From: Octopus vulgaris
Lineage: Eukaryota
NCBI GenBank assembly: GCA_951406725.2
Contig: CATOCA020000009.1
Location: 1-64,000, forward strand
Direction: 5' to 3'
Length of the DNA stretch: 64,000 nucleotides
The notes below the pieces were generated by a model. It had not been told where the DNA came from and ran no database searches. It was given only the letters and a program-made list of their open reading frames with translations. The translations under genes and the position numbers were made by a program. Below, piece after piece: positions 61,970-64,000 of this stretch (positions within the stretch are counted from its first letter, which is position 1; each line of letters opens with the position of its first letter).

Positions 61970-64000
61970 AACAGCTTCCACAAGGACATGTGTTACATCA
62001 AAAATTCTTGGTTGGGGATGCAAATCCTCTCATTCGCGTACGACATAATGCGGCAGCAGCATAGAATTGAAGCGTCCATCTCTTTCTTCTCTCAATGTAG
62101 AATGAGGAAATTTGGATGTTGAAGTAATGTAAATAAATAAATACATATATAGACGTGAAGATGGAGGGGCGAGAATTCAGGACGAGGGATAAAAAATGTA
62201 TAAAAAGTGTAAGTATAGAAAAATATAAAAATGTAGAGCATAAAGATATAAAGATATATAAGGAGATGTAAAGGGGGTATAAAGAATATAAAGAAATATA
62301 AAGAAATATAAATAAATGTAAAGGCATAAGGTTATAAAGTAAAAATAGAAATATAAATGAAAGTAAAAAGTAAAAAAATAAAGATAGGAATAAACATGAT
62401 AAAAATGTAAAAAAATATAAAAAAATATAAAGATAAGGGATGTATAGAGGTTACGGACCAAACATGGTGGTCAGGAGATTGATAAAATTTAGTTGTAGAA
62501 GTTTTGGGTGTCAATAAATCAACAGTTTCGTCTGGGGACCTAATGTGTTGTAAATCAGAGCTGTTGAGCGTTTAATCTGGTTCTTTGAATTAATTGGTCA
62601 TCTAGTACATACATACCATCATGGATACATACACCCATATACACGCGTACATATACGCCTCCAAGCCTATAAGCATACACACGCACTCGCGTGTAAACAT
62701 GTACATAAACACACACACACCCACACGCACGCGCGTACATATACATACATACAACAGAATATCCGCATGTATACACGGACACTATACGTGTACACACCCA
62801 TATGTACATACGTGCGCCCATCCCTACATACACATACGCATATGCCCACGCTTCCAGGTTTAGATATAAGATATTAAAGGATGTATATAAGAACGTATGT
62901 AAAGAATCACGCACTCACGTCTACACGTGCACGCACACACGGCTGTGTGTCCATATGTGCGTGCACATATACACTTACATACACACACAGAGACATACGC
63001 GCATATGGGTATAGCTATAAGATATTAAAAGATGTATACAAATAGGTGTAAACATATGAATATAAGAAAACATGTAAAAAAAGAAATACGGGGTATGTAC
63101 ATCCAGACGTAGATGTTTACTCGTACATATGTACATATATGTATACGTATACATACGTACACGGACGCTCGTATAATCATAAAGTGGATCCATAGGTAAG
63201 TAAATAAGGGATAAGCAAAAAAAATAGACATATATAGAGATGTAAAGCGATAAGTTAGGGGTAAGAATGAGGGTAAGGGTAAAAATTAGAAATAAAAGTA
63301 AGAAATACAGTATAAAATAAGAAATACAATGTAATAGTTAGAAATGAAATATAAAAATTATAAAAATTATAAGAGTTAAGGTAAGGGATGAAAATAAAAA
63401 TGAGAATAAATGGAAGTAGAATAAAAGTAAAAATAAAAGTAAAAATAAAAATAAAATAAAATAAGATAAAAATATAATTTGGTAAAGTTTAACATGAGAT
63501 GAAGGTGGTTGAAAGTTAGAGGTGTGTGTTAAAGGTGCCCACGTAGGGGCGGGCGGGGGAACTGAAAATTGGAAGGGTGGGAAGTGGAGTTTGGCGGTGT
63601 GCGTTCAACATCCGAGTTAGAAGTGTGAAAGGGTATAGATATAGGGAAATAAAGAGACTATATAGGAAGGATATGGGTGTAGGAGAAGAAATATGTAGGG
63701 AAAAGAAGTCATATATGGGAGACAAAATTTGTATATATAGGAGGAAAATGCAGGGAAACATATATGCACATACACACACCCACACACACACACACACACG
63801 CACACATATATATATATATATATACATATACGTACACATATGTGCACATACATATATATACGCACACATATACGCATATACACGCACATATAGGAAAGCG
63901 GGATGTGCTGGAGCCAACAGGTTGCACCGGGTGGGAGGAAATTGCATGGGGGAGTTGGTATAAAACCTAAGCTTTGTAGTATTTGAAAGTATTAATAAGT
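61970..64000 (-). other. Low-complexity mosaic, possibly a decayed Penelope-like body upstream of the 61888-61965 hammerhead
   Basis: Alternating A-rich and AC/AT tracts with short complex islands. No diagnostic protein motif; the call rests only on adjacency to the hammerhead. Confidence 0.25.

Overview
Eukaryotic, AT-rich, repeat-saturated window. It is most likely from an octopus or other coleoid cephalopod; this is inferred from the tRNA-headed/Meta-type SINEs and the extreme microsatellite load. About a third of the window is one ~19.2-kb (TATG)n array (7343-26580) that shows higher-order duplication. The rest is mostly decayed retroelements (CR1, L1/Tx1, R4/Dong-like, RTE, Penelope-like, Ty3/Gypsy), SINEs and a Tc1/mariner scrap. 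The only host-like coding region is a ~4.9-kb minus-strand pseudogene of roughly six tandem beta-propeller-like modules (55813-~60680). The most notable hidden signal is a set of minimal type-I hammerhead ribozyme motifs: five with a complete core and three damaged. Their catalytic 3-8 base pair appears as C-G, U-A and G-C. One sits in a young 364-nt retrozyme/Penelope-pLTR-like unit arranged as an inverted plus partial tandem repeat (60893-61718). All long MYVC/HTYI ORFs are microsatellite artefacts. All calls are by eye; no database searches or folding programs were run.
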